A stretch of 64,000 nt of DNA, from the NCBI RefSeq assembly GCF_009914755.1, contig NC_060931.1; one strand, given 5' to 3'. The DNA comes from the human T2T-CHM13v2.0 reference genome, Homo sapiens. The notes below the pieces were generated by a model, which was not told the DNA's origin, did not search any database, and saw only the letters and a program-made list of their open reading frames with translations. A program made the position numbers and the translations under genes. Below, in pieces: positions 14,434-28,225 of this stretch (position 1 is its first letter; every line of letters starts with the position of its first letter).

Positions 14434-14637
14434 CCATCTATTTGTGGAACATTTATTTCTTTGTTTAGGTCAAACTTTTTACTGTTTTTATTATGTCAGG
14501 TGAATATCCCATGAAGAGTCTTAGATCCATATATAATTAAGGTGATAATTGCAATTTGAACTTATTGTATGCATAAATAATATTTGCTATGCTGATAAGT
14601 ATGCCTATACTGTTACTTTAAATTATAGAAAAAAGTT

Positions 14638-14997
<360 letters not shown>

Positions 14998-16190
14998 TCA
15001 AGTGTTTTTATGTACAAAATTTCTCATACCACTTTCAAAAAAGCAGATTTGGTTATCTTCTAATGGACCATGTCAACATTTCATTTATATATTTTACCAT
15101 GAAAATATTTTATATTTTTATTAAACTTGAATACATGCATATTATCATTTTCCACATAAAATATGTAATTATGTGAAAGTGAAAATAGAAGGGGTTATAG
15201 CAAAGAAAAATTGGTATCAGAATTATACAGTATCCTGATGCTCTTTGGGAAGAACTTCAGAATTTTAATGATGATATAGACAAGCAGATGACTCACAGAC
15301 ACGGAAAAAAGGATCTGTAATTGTTATATGAGAGGAGATAAATCAACACAGGTCAAAGTATGTATGGATTTCTACCTAGGAGGCCCTGAACACATTCATA
15401 CTGTATAATGCAGACTTGTATTGTTTCTATTGAAATATTGTTTCTGGAGGTCCCATGATGTCATCTAGGAAAAAGTATCAGTACAGAAAATTTATAATAA
15501 AATGAAGTGTCTTTCGGGAAATATAAGACCAAGTGCAGTATGCTATTATTTCTTTCCATTTTCCCTTTTCTGTATGTCTAAATAGGATTGTGTCTCATTT
15601 AGTCAATATATAGAACCTATCTCTATAGACTATTTATTAGACTCAGTACTCTAGTTAAATCATAGAGATTCCTATACTGTTAATTACTACAATTATTAAT
15701 GAGTAATATGCTGTATTTCTCCCAAATATCTTTTTTTGTTCTTCATTATATACCTCTTTATTTCATCACTTTCTTCTGAGAGACTTAGTTCTTTTTCTTC
15801 GTGAAGAGATCTACATAAAGTGTAGGTTTTAGTGTGACTCCTAGAAATATTTTTATGTTACTTCATTTCTCAGTGGAGCACAAGTTATATTGTTCTAATG
15901 TGGGGCATCTTAAAGACTTTTTCTCCATTTCTCTCAGAAGAGCCTAGGAAGAACCTCTAAATTGAAGGCACAGAAACACAGCATTGTGAATCTTAGTCTA
16001 ACATATACTTTGAAGCCAGTACAAATAATTTATTTTACATTATATGATGCTGTTTAACTTTGATCTAGTCAATTAAAACAATAAGACTACTTATAAATAT
16101 TTTTCCATTTATAAATGTTTACTTCTGTTAGCAGCAGCAACCCTCCCCCCCATATGCCAAACACACACACACTCACGCACACAATACTTC

Positions 16191-16202
16191 CATCTATCTA
16201 TC

Positions 16203-16266
<64 letters not shown>

Positions 16267-16326
16267 CTTTGTCCATCCATCCATCCATCCATCCATCCAT
16301 CCATCCATCCATCCACCCATCCATCC
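16191..16326. repeat. Compound microsatellite (TCTA)n-(CATC)n
   Basis: About 15 uninterrupted TCTA units followed by about 13 CATC-type units. Confidence 0.97.
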
Positions 16327-19300
16327 GAGTATGTATGTACATATCTTTCTTCCCTGGAGTGTGAGTGGCTTGCCAGAGAGGGCAGGCAGAGGCATCTTGG
16401 CTGGAGGCTCCAGTTAATTTAAGACAGTGGGCATTATTAATAGGCAGCATCTGCCCTCTCCCTTTTGGTAATGTAGTGACCCTTTTAGCTGCTGGATACC
16501 CAAGCTTTAAGAGGCAATCTTTAATGTGATATCTTAGAGTAATGTTCTTACTAAATAAATCACATTTAGAAGCTTTTATGCAATCATAGTCATGCTTGTA
16601 TATTAAAAAGTCTAAACATGATACACATTAAAAGTGAATTTATATTCATGAAGCCAAATTTGATTTTCTGGTTAATGATGAATTCATCTAGAAATTCAAA
16701 TGGTTGCTTTTAGTGTTCATCTATGTAAACTGACACAATAAAAATGTAAGTTATGCTATGATATTCTGTGCTTCATTGCAAGTGGTTTTCTTGATAATAA
16801 ATTTATTTTGCCAAATGCTTTTTCAAATAGTCTCTTCTTTCCTAAGTAAACTTGCTCTAGTTGGAAGTAACTTAATAGGTTTACTGTTACAATGAGACCA
16901 GTACAATCTTTTATTTAGGCATTTTATTTAGGAGCTTTTTCTTCAGTTAGTACCCATTCAGTTAGAATGGGCATATTGAACATTTAAAATATGGTTCTAG
17001 ACTAAAGGATATACAGAGACATTACATAATTTTACACATTTATACTGCTAAGGCAAGCATACGTATTCTACCTATTCATAATATTAGAGAAAAAGAGATA
17101 CTAATTGCCATTGATGTTTAAGAGTAAAATTCTTAAACCATAGTGGATAATTTCCTGATATTTTTCTCCTGTGTCATTTTCTTAATGGTATTTATACACA
17201 ATTTTTGGTACTTAATTTTAAATTTGAAATGAGAAATTACTGAACAGCACTTTAAAAATTAAACTTCAAAGACTACAGATTATGTAAAGTTTCAATTATT
17301 TGAAAAACAATAAAGTAAGCAAAATTAAGAAATAATTTTTTAAGAAACCAGATTTTTTTGTGATGCTTAAATTTTGAACTTCTTTTTCACTCCTAATTCA
17401 TCCCATTTCCCCCCATCTTTTAAAATTTCTGCAGAATTTTTTCTACCTTGCATGTAAGTTAAAAAAAATAGTCTATTATTATTTTAGTTTGTGGAATTCA
17501 AAAAAACACAGTTCCAGATAATATTGGAATAAAGCAACTTTCCAATTTAGAAAACACTGACATTGAAGTAAGATATGAGAACTTAAGATACGGTTAAGAG
17601 AGAACTTAAGATATGGTTTCTTGATAAATCAAGAAAAATTTATATATTGCAATGTGATTTAATTACTATACTGACATCTGTTTGATCCAGACTGTTAACA
17701 AAATAGTCTAGAAAATATTGTAATTGGAATTTTTGGTCAACAGTGAATTTTTTTAAGTTACAAATTGACACCACTCTTTATTTGCAAAGAAAAGATAATA
17801 AAATTTTTTATACCAAAAAGAGAAATTTTTCACATAAAAATAAAAGGTGGAATATATAAAATGGGTGAGGATATCCAGAACCTTCCATGTAACATGAGTA
17901 AGAAAAATCCCAACAATTAACAAACTCATTTTTCAATGGCCTATTAATCACAGAATTAAACAACCATGTAAAAATTAAACCTACTTATACGTTGAAATAC
18001 ATTTTAATTCATCCATAAATTCAACACACTTTAAAATGGGTAGAAAAAGATTTTAACTAGCTTAAAAAACCCAAAATAGATTACTTAAACTGATGTACTA
18101 TTGCTTAAGAAGTATCTCTGGAATTCTCCGTTAGAGACTCCTGATAGTTATTTTCTGAACATATCTTGGAATCAGTTAGTACTTTTAAGTTATAAATCTG
18201 TGGAAAATATCACATACCGTATGTGTAAAACAATTAGAATTTAATTTATGACATTTGATCGTATTTTGATAAAATTTTATGGACAGTGTAAACAATCTTG
18301 ATACCCAATTGCTTTAACACCATTATTTTCTATTCACAAGTTGCATTATTTGGCAATGATAACTTCATTTTGAGTTTGTAGTTTGGAAGTTCTTTTAAGT
18401 CAAGGAATAATCACCTGCTTTATTGAGATTGTTGTAACCTAAAAGAGCAATATGGAACTCCTAGTTAAATGAGACCTCTGACCCAAACTTGGCAATTCTC
18501 TCAGCTAGCCAGGGAAAACACTTGCAGGGTTCATTACTTTCTTCTGTCATCTTGAGAGATTCTACCCCATTTTTCTCTTCTACTGACCAACCTTTGACTT
18601 CCCAGACTTGTGTTTCTTTCCAACAGAGGCGAATAAACACTCTTGGTATGTGAAGATTAAAGGCCCATGGCCCCTGTAGGTGCCCTGAAGCAAATTTGTT
18701 CAGAATTAATTTGGCACTTCCACTTGTGGTTTGTTTAGGATAGGAAACCAGATAGAATTCAATATTGTATCTTGAATCTTAGGACCCAGTACTTTTGTTA
18801 CAAACAACAGAAAAAGAAAAGGTTTAGGTGCCAGTAACATTTACTCTTCAAAGGAAAGTTTTTGTCTTTCTGTGCCTGGTTATCTTCAAAAGTTGCAGAG
18901 TACAAAAGAAAATTTCAGTGGAAATATATTTCTTTCTGATATAGAAAAGACCTTTAAAAGAGTCATTGTTGACATGAAAGGGAAAACATTCTGATTTTCT
19001 GGGATGCAAGCCTTAGAAAACAAGCCGGAGTAAAAGAACATGTAGAAATGAATAACATATGACTCCAGGAGATGACCTGTTGTGAATTATTTCAGAATTT
19101 AGTGGATATCTCAGATGGTTGATTTTTCTCTACATGTTTGCTCCTATGAACTTACCTTCCTGAGTGGGCATCAGATTTGTTTTAGAGGTGAAAATCTATT
19201 CAATGAATACCACTGTTCTAAATACATAAAACTGTAAACCATTGCTATGGAACATACCATGTGATATGTACTTTAAAGAACAAAATAAGTTTCTGTATGA

Positions 19301-20174
19301 CTAAAGAATATAAGGAAGCATTTCTCTAAGAAATTGTAATCATTGATCAGTCTTTAGCGGTGGGTGACTTGGTTTATAGATTTTAGAATCTAAAACTGGT
19401 AGATGTGTTTTGCCTATTATAGTTTGGTAATTCTGGCATCATATACCTTAATCTGGAAACAGTAGAAGAATCAAGAAACAGAGAAGCAAGAAGGAATAAA
19501 CTCTTTTTTTAGGCACCTACTTGCCACCTTTTTTGTGGAGTGGGCAACAAAAGATGTATCTCACAATATTACCAATGCAGTGGACTCCTGGAAGTTTGTT
19601 GATTATATTTTATGTAGGAACAGAAAAAGCCAAAAGCAGGCATTTGATAATACTTCTGAGATAGGTTGGTCAATAATACATTCAGAATCATGAAAGGATG
19701 CTTCTCTTTAAAAATTGAGCATAGGACAGATTTAACTTTGTTAAACACAAATACCATCATCTTATTGAAAACTTCTTGGACAATTATAGTACCTTATAAA
19801 TAGTTATCAAAGACAGTTTTTCAGTCCTCTATGGTTTTACCGTAGTGAACCTTTCAAAATTTCATTGGGTAGAAATTTTATTACAGCCTTTTCTTTTTTT
19901 TAGGAGAGATATGCTCAGTTCTCTTATTTGTTGGTAAATCTAGACTTTGAATTGTTAATTTGAGGATAAATAGAAGAGAAAGGAGAGATGGGAGCTATAG
20001 AAGCATCTTAATTCAGTAATGTCATGGTTCAGGAATATTTTCATTTTTTTTCATTTTAATTTTTTTTTATTTGCCAGGTTCAACATTGACACATAGGAAT
20101 ATTTTTTAAAGCTGTATTTTTAGTGTTGGGGTATTATAAAGGTTAAAGCAGAAGACTCCGACCATGGCTGATTA

Positions 20175-20310
20175 ACTTACTCATTAGCTCTGAGACCTTG
20201 GGCAAGCTATTTAAGTTCTCTGTGCCTCAGTGCCTCCCCGCTTTTCTGTAAAATGGGTTTAATAATAATATCTGCTTTGTGGGGTTATTTTGGGGATTGG
20301 ATAAGTTAAC
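20175..20310 (+). mobile_element. MIR fragment
   Basis: GACCTTGGGCAAGCTATTTAAGTTCTCTGTGCCTCAG...CTGTAAAATGGG MIR core. Confidence 0.75.
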
Positions 20311-21439
20311 TTTTTATTAGACTGCCTGGCACATGACATTATGTATGTTGTAGCCAACATTACTGTTAGTTTTGGCACATTTACCAATATGCCCACTTTT
20401 AACAATTATTTTACTTAGAGAAGCTATAAATACAGTTATTGAATTAAATCCCTTTAAGAATGATAGTTGTTTCTGAATGATATCTCTCTTGAAAGACTGG
20501 GCCCAAGATAGCAAAGCTAGGCAAAGAGTTAGGTATTTCCTGGTGAATGTTATGTAATGGGCCACTTAGAAACATCATTTAGTGCCCATGTGTGCAGAGT
20601 TCTGTTTTAGCTTCCTTTGCTTGCTGGATTGCAACAAGTTCAAACAGTTCAAATCAGAGGGAGCTGGGAAATGGTGTTTCTTAGAGGCATTTGATTCAGG
20701 AAGGCAGCTAGTTATGGCCTGGAAGATCAAGGACTTGAACTGTAGTCCACATAGAGGCGAGGCTGAACTACTGGTACCTTGATGCAGTATAAAGGAACAA
20801 GTCACGCTTTTCTTTTTCCATCTATTGAATCAGTACCATGGCCAACCTGGGAGAAAATATTTTAGTTCATGGTTAAAACAGCAGTCAGAAGTCTTTTATT
20901 GTTGTTGATAACTGTTTTTCACTTAGAGAAATTTTGGAAGATGGTTATCTGTTTAGTGCTGCCAAATATATTGTTATTATGCAGACCCTGTGGGCAGCAG
21001 CTGCAGTTGTTTTCCAAAGGACATGCAACCAATCTAGCTATCATGCTTCAGCATTGCTGGCTGTATTTGGTCTTTTTATTCACAATTGCATGCATACTAA
21101 GACTTTCAGTCATAATATTAAAACCGAAGGATGGGTACTGTATTTTGATGATCTGTCTTCTCTTTCATCTGTTCTTATTTTTAGTCTTCAAATTACCCTT
21201 ATTTTTGAACATTTCTGATCACAATTATATATTCAATTTCTATGTAATATATTCTTTTTTAGGGAGTTCAGGGAAGTTGTATATGATGTGCTGAAATGAT
21301 TTGCTTTGACTTGACCCAATTATAATTTTCTTTAGCCCTGAGCCAGCTGAAATAAGATTGAGCTAATTTATGCCACTGTTTTTCCAGTAATGTTGAAGTA
21401 GGGCAGAACTACTTATTATGATAATGTTCTCTTCCAAAA

Positions 21440-21595
21440 TAATAGTAATATTATTATAATTTAATAATAATCAATATTATTATAATTTAGTAATATTCAC
21501 AATTTAGTAATTTAATATTTACTAAATATTAAATTTATAATACTAGTTTAATATTTACTAAATATTAAATTTATAATACTAGTTTAATATTTATT
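21440..21595. repeat. AT-rich low-complexity tract with a 36-bp tandem duplication
   Basis: TTTAATATTTACTAAATATTAAATTTATAATACTAG at 21511-21546 and 21547-21582. Confidence 0.85.
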
Positions 21596-21849
21596 AAGCC
21601 TGTGCTTTGCATCAATCAGGCACTGGGCTAAGCCCTTATTAATTCACACCAAACAATAATTTTTGAAGCAGGTACTACTAGTATTTTTTTATTTTACAGA
21701 TGAGATAAGAGACGCTTAGAAACGTTAGCAAACTCTTACAAAGCCAGTTTTGGAGCAGGGATCCAATTTTAGTTGTTTTTGACTTTAGTGTTGGGGTTCT
21801 TATTCCCTATTCTGTTTTTACCACCTTCCATGCTATAAATTGGCAAGCA

Positions 21850-22293
21850 GTCTTGGCAGCAAATAGATGTTCACTCAAATGGGGTAATTGAGAGAGTAGA
21901 AATGAACAAAGAGACACTAGCAAGGAATGGTGAAGCATCTTGGCACTAACAACAATGGGAACTATTACCGTTCCTGTATCTGAAAGGGCCAGAGAAGGGA
22001 TTTGTTATTGGATCCTGCAGAGAGTAGTGTAGCTATAAGAGAGGGCCATCTGATAGGAGCTGTTGCCTTAGATTGATGGACACAATCAATCCTGGAGACT
22101 CAGCAGGGAGGGAGGTGAGGAAGTTAATACTCTGACCCCACCTTCCTCCCTCTCTCCAGTCTCTTGCCAATGATTTTCATTGGCCAAACTCAACTGGAAG
22201 CCAGAGGGAAAGGGATCCTTGGATGCAGTGGTCAGCTTCTGGCATGGAGCAGATTGGAAACAGATGGGAAGTTTGCAGGGCAAACAGAAAATA
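21850..22293 (-). mobile_element. ERVL-class LTR (LTR33-like)
   Basis: ATTGGCCAAACTCAACTGGAAGCCAGAGGGAAAGGGA...GGGCAAACAGAAAATATCCAG resembles LTR33. Confidence 0.6.
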
Positions 22294-23004
22294 TCCAGTT
22301 CACAGATGCTGTACTGAGAAAATACTTTCTCAATGTCAAAGCATCGGTGAGCCAGGATTTTCTATTTTTGTCTCTAATTATTTGAACCATTTCTTTTTAA
22401 TTTTAATTTTAATTTTGTCTTCTTAATTATGGTAGGGGAAATGTAGACCAAGGCTCTTTCCTTGCAGTTGCCAGGGTTATAATTTGGATTTTGGAAAAAT
22501 TAACTTTGGATATGACTTTCCTTGTTTTTTTTTTTTTTCTTCTGTAAAATGGGAATAGCAATATCAATACTATCCCTGTTCTGTGTGGATATAAGAAGGA
22601 TTCATGAAATAGTAATGAACTCTGGACACTTAATAACATTTAGATATATTCATATTTTAACCTTCCTCCTTAATGTTCTTCCTTCTAAATCTTCAAGCTG
22701 CTATCTGAGATTATTTTTCCTTCTGCCTAAAAAATGCTCTTTACTGTTTCTTTTTGTATGGGTCTACTGTTAAGTAAATCTGTCAGTTTTTCTTTGCCTG
22801 AAGGCATTTAAAAAAATCTGTTTATTTTTTGAAGGATATTTTTGCTGGGTATAGAATTTTAGATTAGCAGTTATTTTCTTTCAGCACTTTGAAGATATCA
22901 GTCCATTGGTCCATCTGGCTTCTGTAGGTATTATTGAGAAGTTAGCTATATTATTATAATTATTACTTCTTTGAAGGTACCTGTCCCTTTCTGGCTACTA
23001 TATT

Positions 23005-26000
23005 TGCTTTTATTTTTGTGGGTTTACAATATATATGTGTGTATATATATACACACACATAAATGGGTTACATGAGATATTTTAATACAGGCATGGAATG
23101 CATGTTAAAATCAGGATAAATGGGATATCTACATTAGGGTAAATGGGGTATCCATCACCTCAAGCATTTATCCATTGTGTTACAAATAATATAAGCATAT
23201 TCTTAATTATTTTTAAATATATAATTAAATTATTTTTGAGTATCATCTTCCTTGTATGCCAGAAAATATAAGTCTTAGTCATTCTTTCTATTTTTTTAAA
23301 TATGGTTAACCATCCCCATTTCCTCCCAACCTCTGAATAGCATTCCCAGCCTCTGGTAACCATCCTTGTGCTCTCCATGCGTTCAATTATTTTAATTTTT
23401 AGCTCCCACAAATAAGTGAGAACATGCAAACTTTGTCTTTCTGTGCCTGGCTTATTTCACTTAACATAATAACCTGAAGTTCCATTCATGTTGTTGCAAA
23501 TGGCAGGATCTCCATTTCTTTTTTATGGCTGAATAATAATAATATTCTATTGTGTATAGGTACCACATTTTCTTTATCCGTTTTTCTGTTGATGGACACT
23601 TAGTTTGCTTCCAAACTTTGGCTATTGTGAATAGTGCTGCAGTAAACATGAGAGTGGAGAGATCTCTTCAATCTACTGATTTGCTTTCTTTTGTGTATAT
23701 AAGAGGGAGTGGGATTGCTGGATCTTATGGTAGCTCTATTTTTAGTTTTTTGAGGAACCTCCAAACTGCTCTCCATAGTGGTTGTACTAATTTACATTTC
23801 CACCAACAATGTATGAGGGTTCCCTTTTCTCCACAGTCTCATCAACATTTGTTAGTTCCTGACTTTTAGATAAAAGTCGTTTTATCTGAGGTCAGATTAT
23901 ATCTTATTGTAGTTTTAATTTGCATTTCTCTGATGATCAGTGATGTTGAGCACCTTCTCATATGCTTGTTTGCCATTTGTATGTCTTCTTTTGAGAAATT
24001 CCTATTCAGATCTTTTGCCCGTTTTTAGTTGTATTATTAGATTTTTTTCCTATGGAGTTGTTAGAGCTCCTTATATATTCTGGTTTTAATCCCTTGTCAG
24101 AAGGATAGTTTGAACATATTTTCTCCCATTCTGTGGGTTGTCTCTTCACTTGGTTGATTGTTTCCTTCACTGTACAGAAGCTTTTTAACTTGATGTGATC
24201 CCATTTGTCTATTTCTGTTTTCGTTGCCTGTGTTTGTGGGGTATTACTCAAGAAATCTTTGAGCAGTCTAATATCCTGGAGAGTTTCCCCAGTGTTTTCT
24301 TGTAGTGGTTTCATAGTTTGATATATAAGATTTCAGTCTTTAATCCCTTTTTATTTGATTTTTGTATATGGTGAGAGATAGGGGTCTAGTTTCATTTTTT
24401 GCATACGGATATCTAGGTTTCTCAGCATTATTTATTGAAGAAACTGTCCTTTCCTCAATTTATGTTCTTGACACCTTTGTCAAAAATTAGTTCACTGTAG
24501 ATGTTTTGATTTGTTTCTGGGTTCTCTCTTCTGTTCCATTGGTCTTTGTGTCTGTTTTTATGCCAGTACCATTGCTGTATTAGTTATGGTACCTCTGTAG
24601 TATAATTTGAAGTCAGGTAATGTGATTCTTTCAGTTTTGTTCTTCTTGCTTAGGATAGCTTTGGCTATTCTGGGTCTTTCGTGGTTCCATATAAATTGTA
24701 CGATTATTTTTTTCCATTTCTGTGAAGAATGTCATTGGTATTTTGGTAGTGATATCATTGAATGTCTAGATTGCTTTGGGTAGTATGGACATTTTAACAA
24801 TATTGATTCTTCCAATCCATGAACATGGAACATTTTTCCATTTTCTCTTAAATTTCTTGCATCAATGTTTTATAGTTTTCATTGTAGAGATCTTTCACTT
24901 CTTTGATTATTTCCTAGGTATTTAATTTTCTTCATAGCTATTGTAAATGGGATATCTTTCTTGATTCATTTTTCAGATTGTTCATTGTTGGCATATATAA
25001 ATGCTACTGATTTTTGTATGTTGATTTTGTATTCTGCACCTTTACTGGATTTGGTAATCAGTTCTAAGTTTTTGCTGGAGTCTTCAGGTTTTTCTGAATA
25101 TAAGATCTTATTGTCTGCCAATAAGGATAATTTCACTTTGTCCTTTCCAATTTGAATGCCCTTTATTTTTTTCTGTAGTCCAATTGATCTAGATAGGACT
25201 TTCAGTACTATTTTGAATAACAGTGGTGAAAGTGGCATCCTTGCCATGTTCCAGATCTTAGAGAAAAGTCAATTTTTCCCTATTCAGTATGAAACTAGCT
25301 ATGGGTCTGTCATATATGGCTTTTATTGTGTTGAAGTATGTTCTTTCTGTACCCAGTTTTTTGAGGATTTTTGTCATGAGAGGATGTTGAATTTTCTCAA
25401 ATGCTTTTTTTAGTATCAACTGAAATGATCCCCTCCCCCCGCCCCTTCTTTCTTTGGTCTCCCTCTGTTGCCGAGGCTGGACTGTACTGCCGTGATCTCG
25501 GCTCGCTGCAACCTCCCTGCCTCGGGCTCCCATGATTCACCTGCCGAGTGTCTGGGATTGCAGGCATGTGCCGCCACGCCTGACTGGTTTTTGTATTTTT
25601 GGTGGAGACGGGGTTTCGCCGTGTTGACCGGGCTGGTCTCCAGCTCCTGACCTCGAGTGATCTGCCTGCCTCGGACTCCCGAGGTGCTGGGATTGCAGAT
25701 GGAGTCTCGCTCACTCAGTGCTCAATGTGGCCCAGGCTGGAGTGCAGTGGCGTGATCTCGGCTCGCTACAAGGTCCACCTCCCAGCCGCCTGCCTTGGCC
25801 TCCCAAAGTGCTAAGATTACAGCCTCTGCCTGGCCGCCACCCTGTCTAGGAAGTGAGGAGTGTCTCTGCCTGGCCGCCCATCCTCTGGGATGTGAGGAGC
25901 CCCTCTGCCCGGCCGCCCCGTCTGGGAAGTGAGGAGCGCCTCTGCCCGGCCGCCACCCCATCTAGGAAGTGAGGAGCGTCTCTGCCTGGCTGCCCATCAT

Positions 26001-28225
26001 CTGGGATGTGAGGAGTGCCTCTGCCTGGCCACCCCGTCTGGGAAGTGAGGAGCACCTCTGCCCGGCCGCCACCCCGTCTAGGAAGTGAGGAGCGTTTCTG
26101 CCTGGCTGCCCATCATCTGGGATGTGAGGAGCGCCTCTGCCCGGCCACCCCATCTGGGATGTGAGGAGCGCCTATGCCCGGCCGCCCCTTCTGGGAAGTG
26201 AGGAGCGCCTCTGCCCGGCCGCCCCGTCTGGGAAGTGAGGAGCACCTCTGCCCGGCCACCCCGTCTGGGAGGTGAGGAGCACCTCTGCCCGGCCGCCACC
26301 CCATCTGGGAGGTGAGGAGTGTCTGCCCAGCCGCCACCCCGCCTAGGAATTGAGGAGTGCCTCTGCCCGGCCGCAACCCCATCTGGGAAATGAGGAGCGC
26401 CTCTGCCTGGCCACCACCCCGTCTGGGATCTGAGGAGCGTCTCTCCTCGGCTGCCCTGTCTGGGAAGTGAGGAGCGCCTCTGCCTGGCTGCTGTGCAATC
26501 TTCCAAGTGTGAAGTGACAGCCTTTCTGCAGGTGTACCCAACAGCTTGGAAGAGACAGCGACCATCGAGAATGGGCCATGATGACGATGGCGGTTTTGTC
26601 GAAAAGAAAAGGGGGAAATGTGGGGAAAACAGAGATCAGATTGTTACTGTGTCTGTGTAGAAAGAAGTAGACATAGGAGACTCCATTTTGTTCTATACTA
26701 AGGAAAATTCTTCTGCCTTGGGATGCTGTTAATCTATAACCTTACCCCCAACCCCGTGCTCTCTGAAACATGTGCTGTGTCAGCTCAGGGTTAAATGGAT
26801 TAAGGGCGGTGCAAGATGTGCTTTGTTAAACAGATGCTTGAAGGCAGCATGCTCGTTAAGAGTCATCACCACTCCCTAATCTCAAGTACCCAGGGACACA
26901 AACACTGTGGAAGGCCGCAGGGAACTCTGCCTAGGAAAACCAGAGACCTTTGTTCATGTGTTTATCTGCTGACCTTCTTTCCACTATTATCCTATGACCC
27001 TGCCACATCCCCCTCTCCGAGAAACACCCAAGAATGATCAATAAATATTAAAAAAAAAAAAAAAAGAAATGATCATATGGGTTTTGTCCTTCATTCTGTT
27101 GATTAGATGTATCATATTGATCATTTTGCTTATGTTGAACCATGCTTGCATCCCTAGGATAAATCCCACTTGGTCCTAATGAATCATCTTTTTAATGTGT
27201 TTTTGAATTCAGTTTGCTAGTATTTTGTTGAGAATATTTGTGTCAATATTCATCAGGGATACTAGCCTTTAGTTTTATTTATTTATTTTTTTGATGTACC
27301 TTTGTTGGTTTGGGTATCAGATTAATACTGGACTTGTAGAAAGAGTTAGGAAGTATTCCTTCCTCCTCTATTTTTCAGAATAGTTTGAGTGGGATTGTTA
27401 TTACTTCCTTAAATATTTGGTAGAATCAGCAGTAAAGTCATCGTGTCCCAGGCATTTCTTTACTAGAAAACTTTTTATTACAGCTTTCATCTCGTTACTC
27501 GATATTGATATGTTTAGGTTTTGGATTTCCTCATGGTTCAATCTTGATAGGTTGTATGCGTCTAGGAATTCATTCATTTCTTCTAGATTTTCTATTTATT
27601 GGCATATGTTGCTCATAGTACCTCTAATTATCCTTTTAATTTATGTATCATTGGTTGTAATGTCTCCCTTTTTATATCTTATTTTATTTATTTGGGTCTT
27701 CTGTCTTTTTTTCTTACGCTGGCTGAGGGTTTGCCAATTTTGTTTACCTTTTCAAAAAAACCAGCTTTTCATTTGGCTAATCTTTTGTATTGTGTTCTTC
27801 ATTTTAGTGTTATTTATTTTTGCTGTGATGTTTATTATTTCCTTTCTTGTAATGATTTTGGGTTTGGTTTGCTCTTGCTTTTGTAGTTCTTTAAAATGCG
27901 TTGTGAGGTTTGAGGTTTTTCTACTTTTTTGATGTAGGCACTTATATTTTTGTTTTTGCTTTGTATTTGTTTTTGCTATATCTCATAGATTTTGGTATGT
28001 TGTGTTTTCATTATCATTTGTTTCAAGAACTTTTCAGTTTCCTTCTTAATTTCTTCATTGACCCACTCTTCATTCAGGAGCATATTGTTTAGTTTCCATG
28101 TGTTTGTATACTTTACAAAATTTCTCTTTTTGTTGATTTCTAGTTTTATTCCATGTGGTCAGAGAAGATGCTTGATATTATTTCAATTTTTTGAATGTTT
28201 TAAGACTTGTTTTGTGACTTAACAT
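23005..28225 (-). mobile_element. 5'-truncated L1MA-type LINE-1 (3' UTR plus ORF2 relic), split by an SVA
   Basis: Minus-strand ORF fragments resemble L1 ORF2p ([15 protein letters not shown]..., [14 protein letters not shown]..., [14 protein letters not shown]...). Many stops. Confidence 0.92.
25431..27065 (+). mobile_element. SVA retrotransposon (older, SVA_A/B-like), near full length
   Basis: Vestigial CCCTCC head, Alu-like domain (~25460-25830), GC-rich VNTR (~25830-26490), SINE-R, AATAAA at 27040, poly-A. TSD GAAATGATC at 25422-25430 and 27066-27074. Confidence 0.96.

Noticed and set aside
20869-21294. 141-aa hydrophobic ORF as a membrane protein
   Set aside because: Leu/Phe/Ile bias is expected from T-rich DNA; no recognisable domain or exon structure.
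25397-26579. Multiple Arg/Gly/Pro-rich ORFs up to 150 aa
   Set aside because: They are translations of the SVA Alu-like and VNTR regions.
27417-27932. Longest ORF in the track (171 aa)
   Set aside because: It lies on the antisense strand of L1 ORF2 and is a T-rich artefact.
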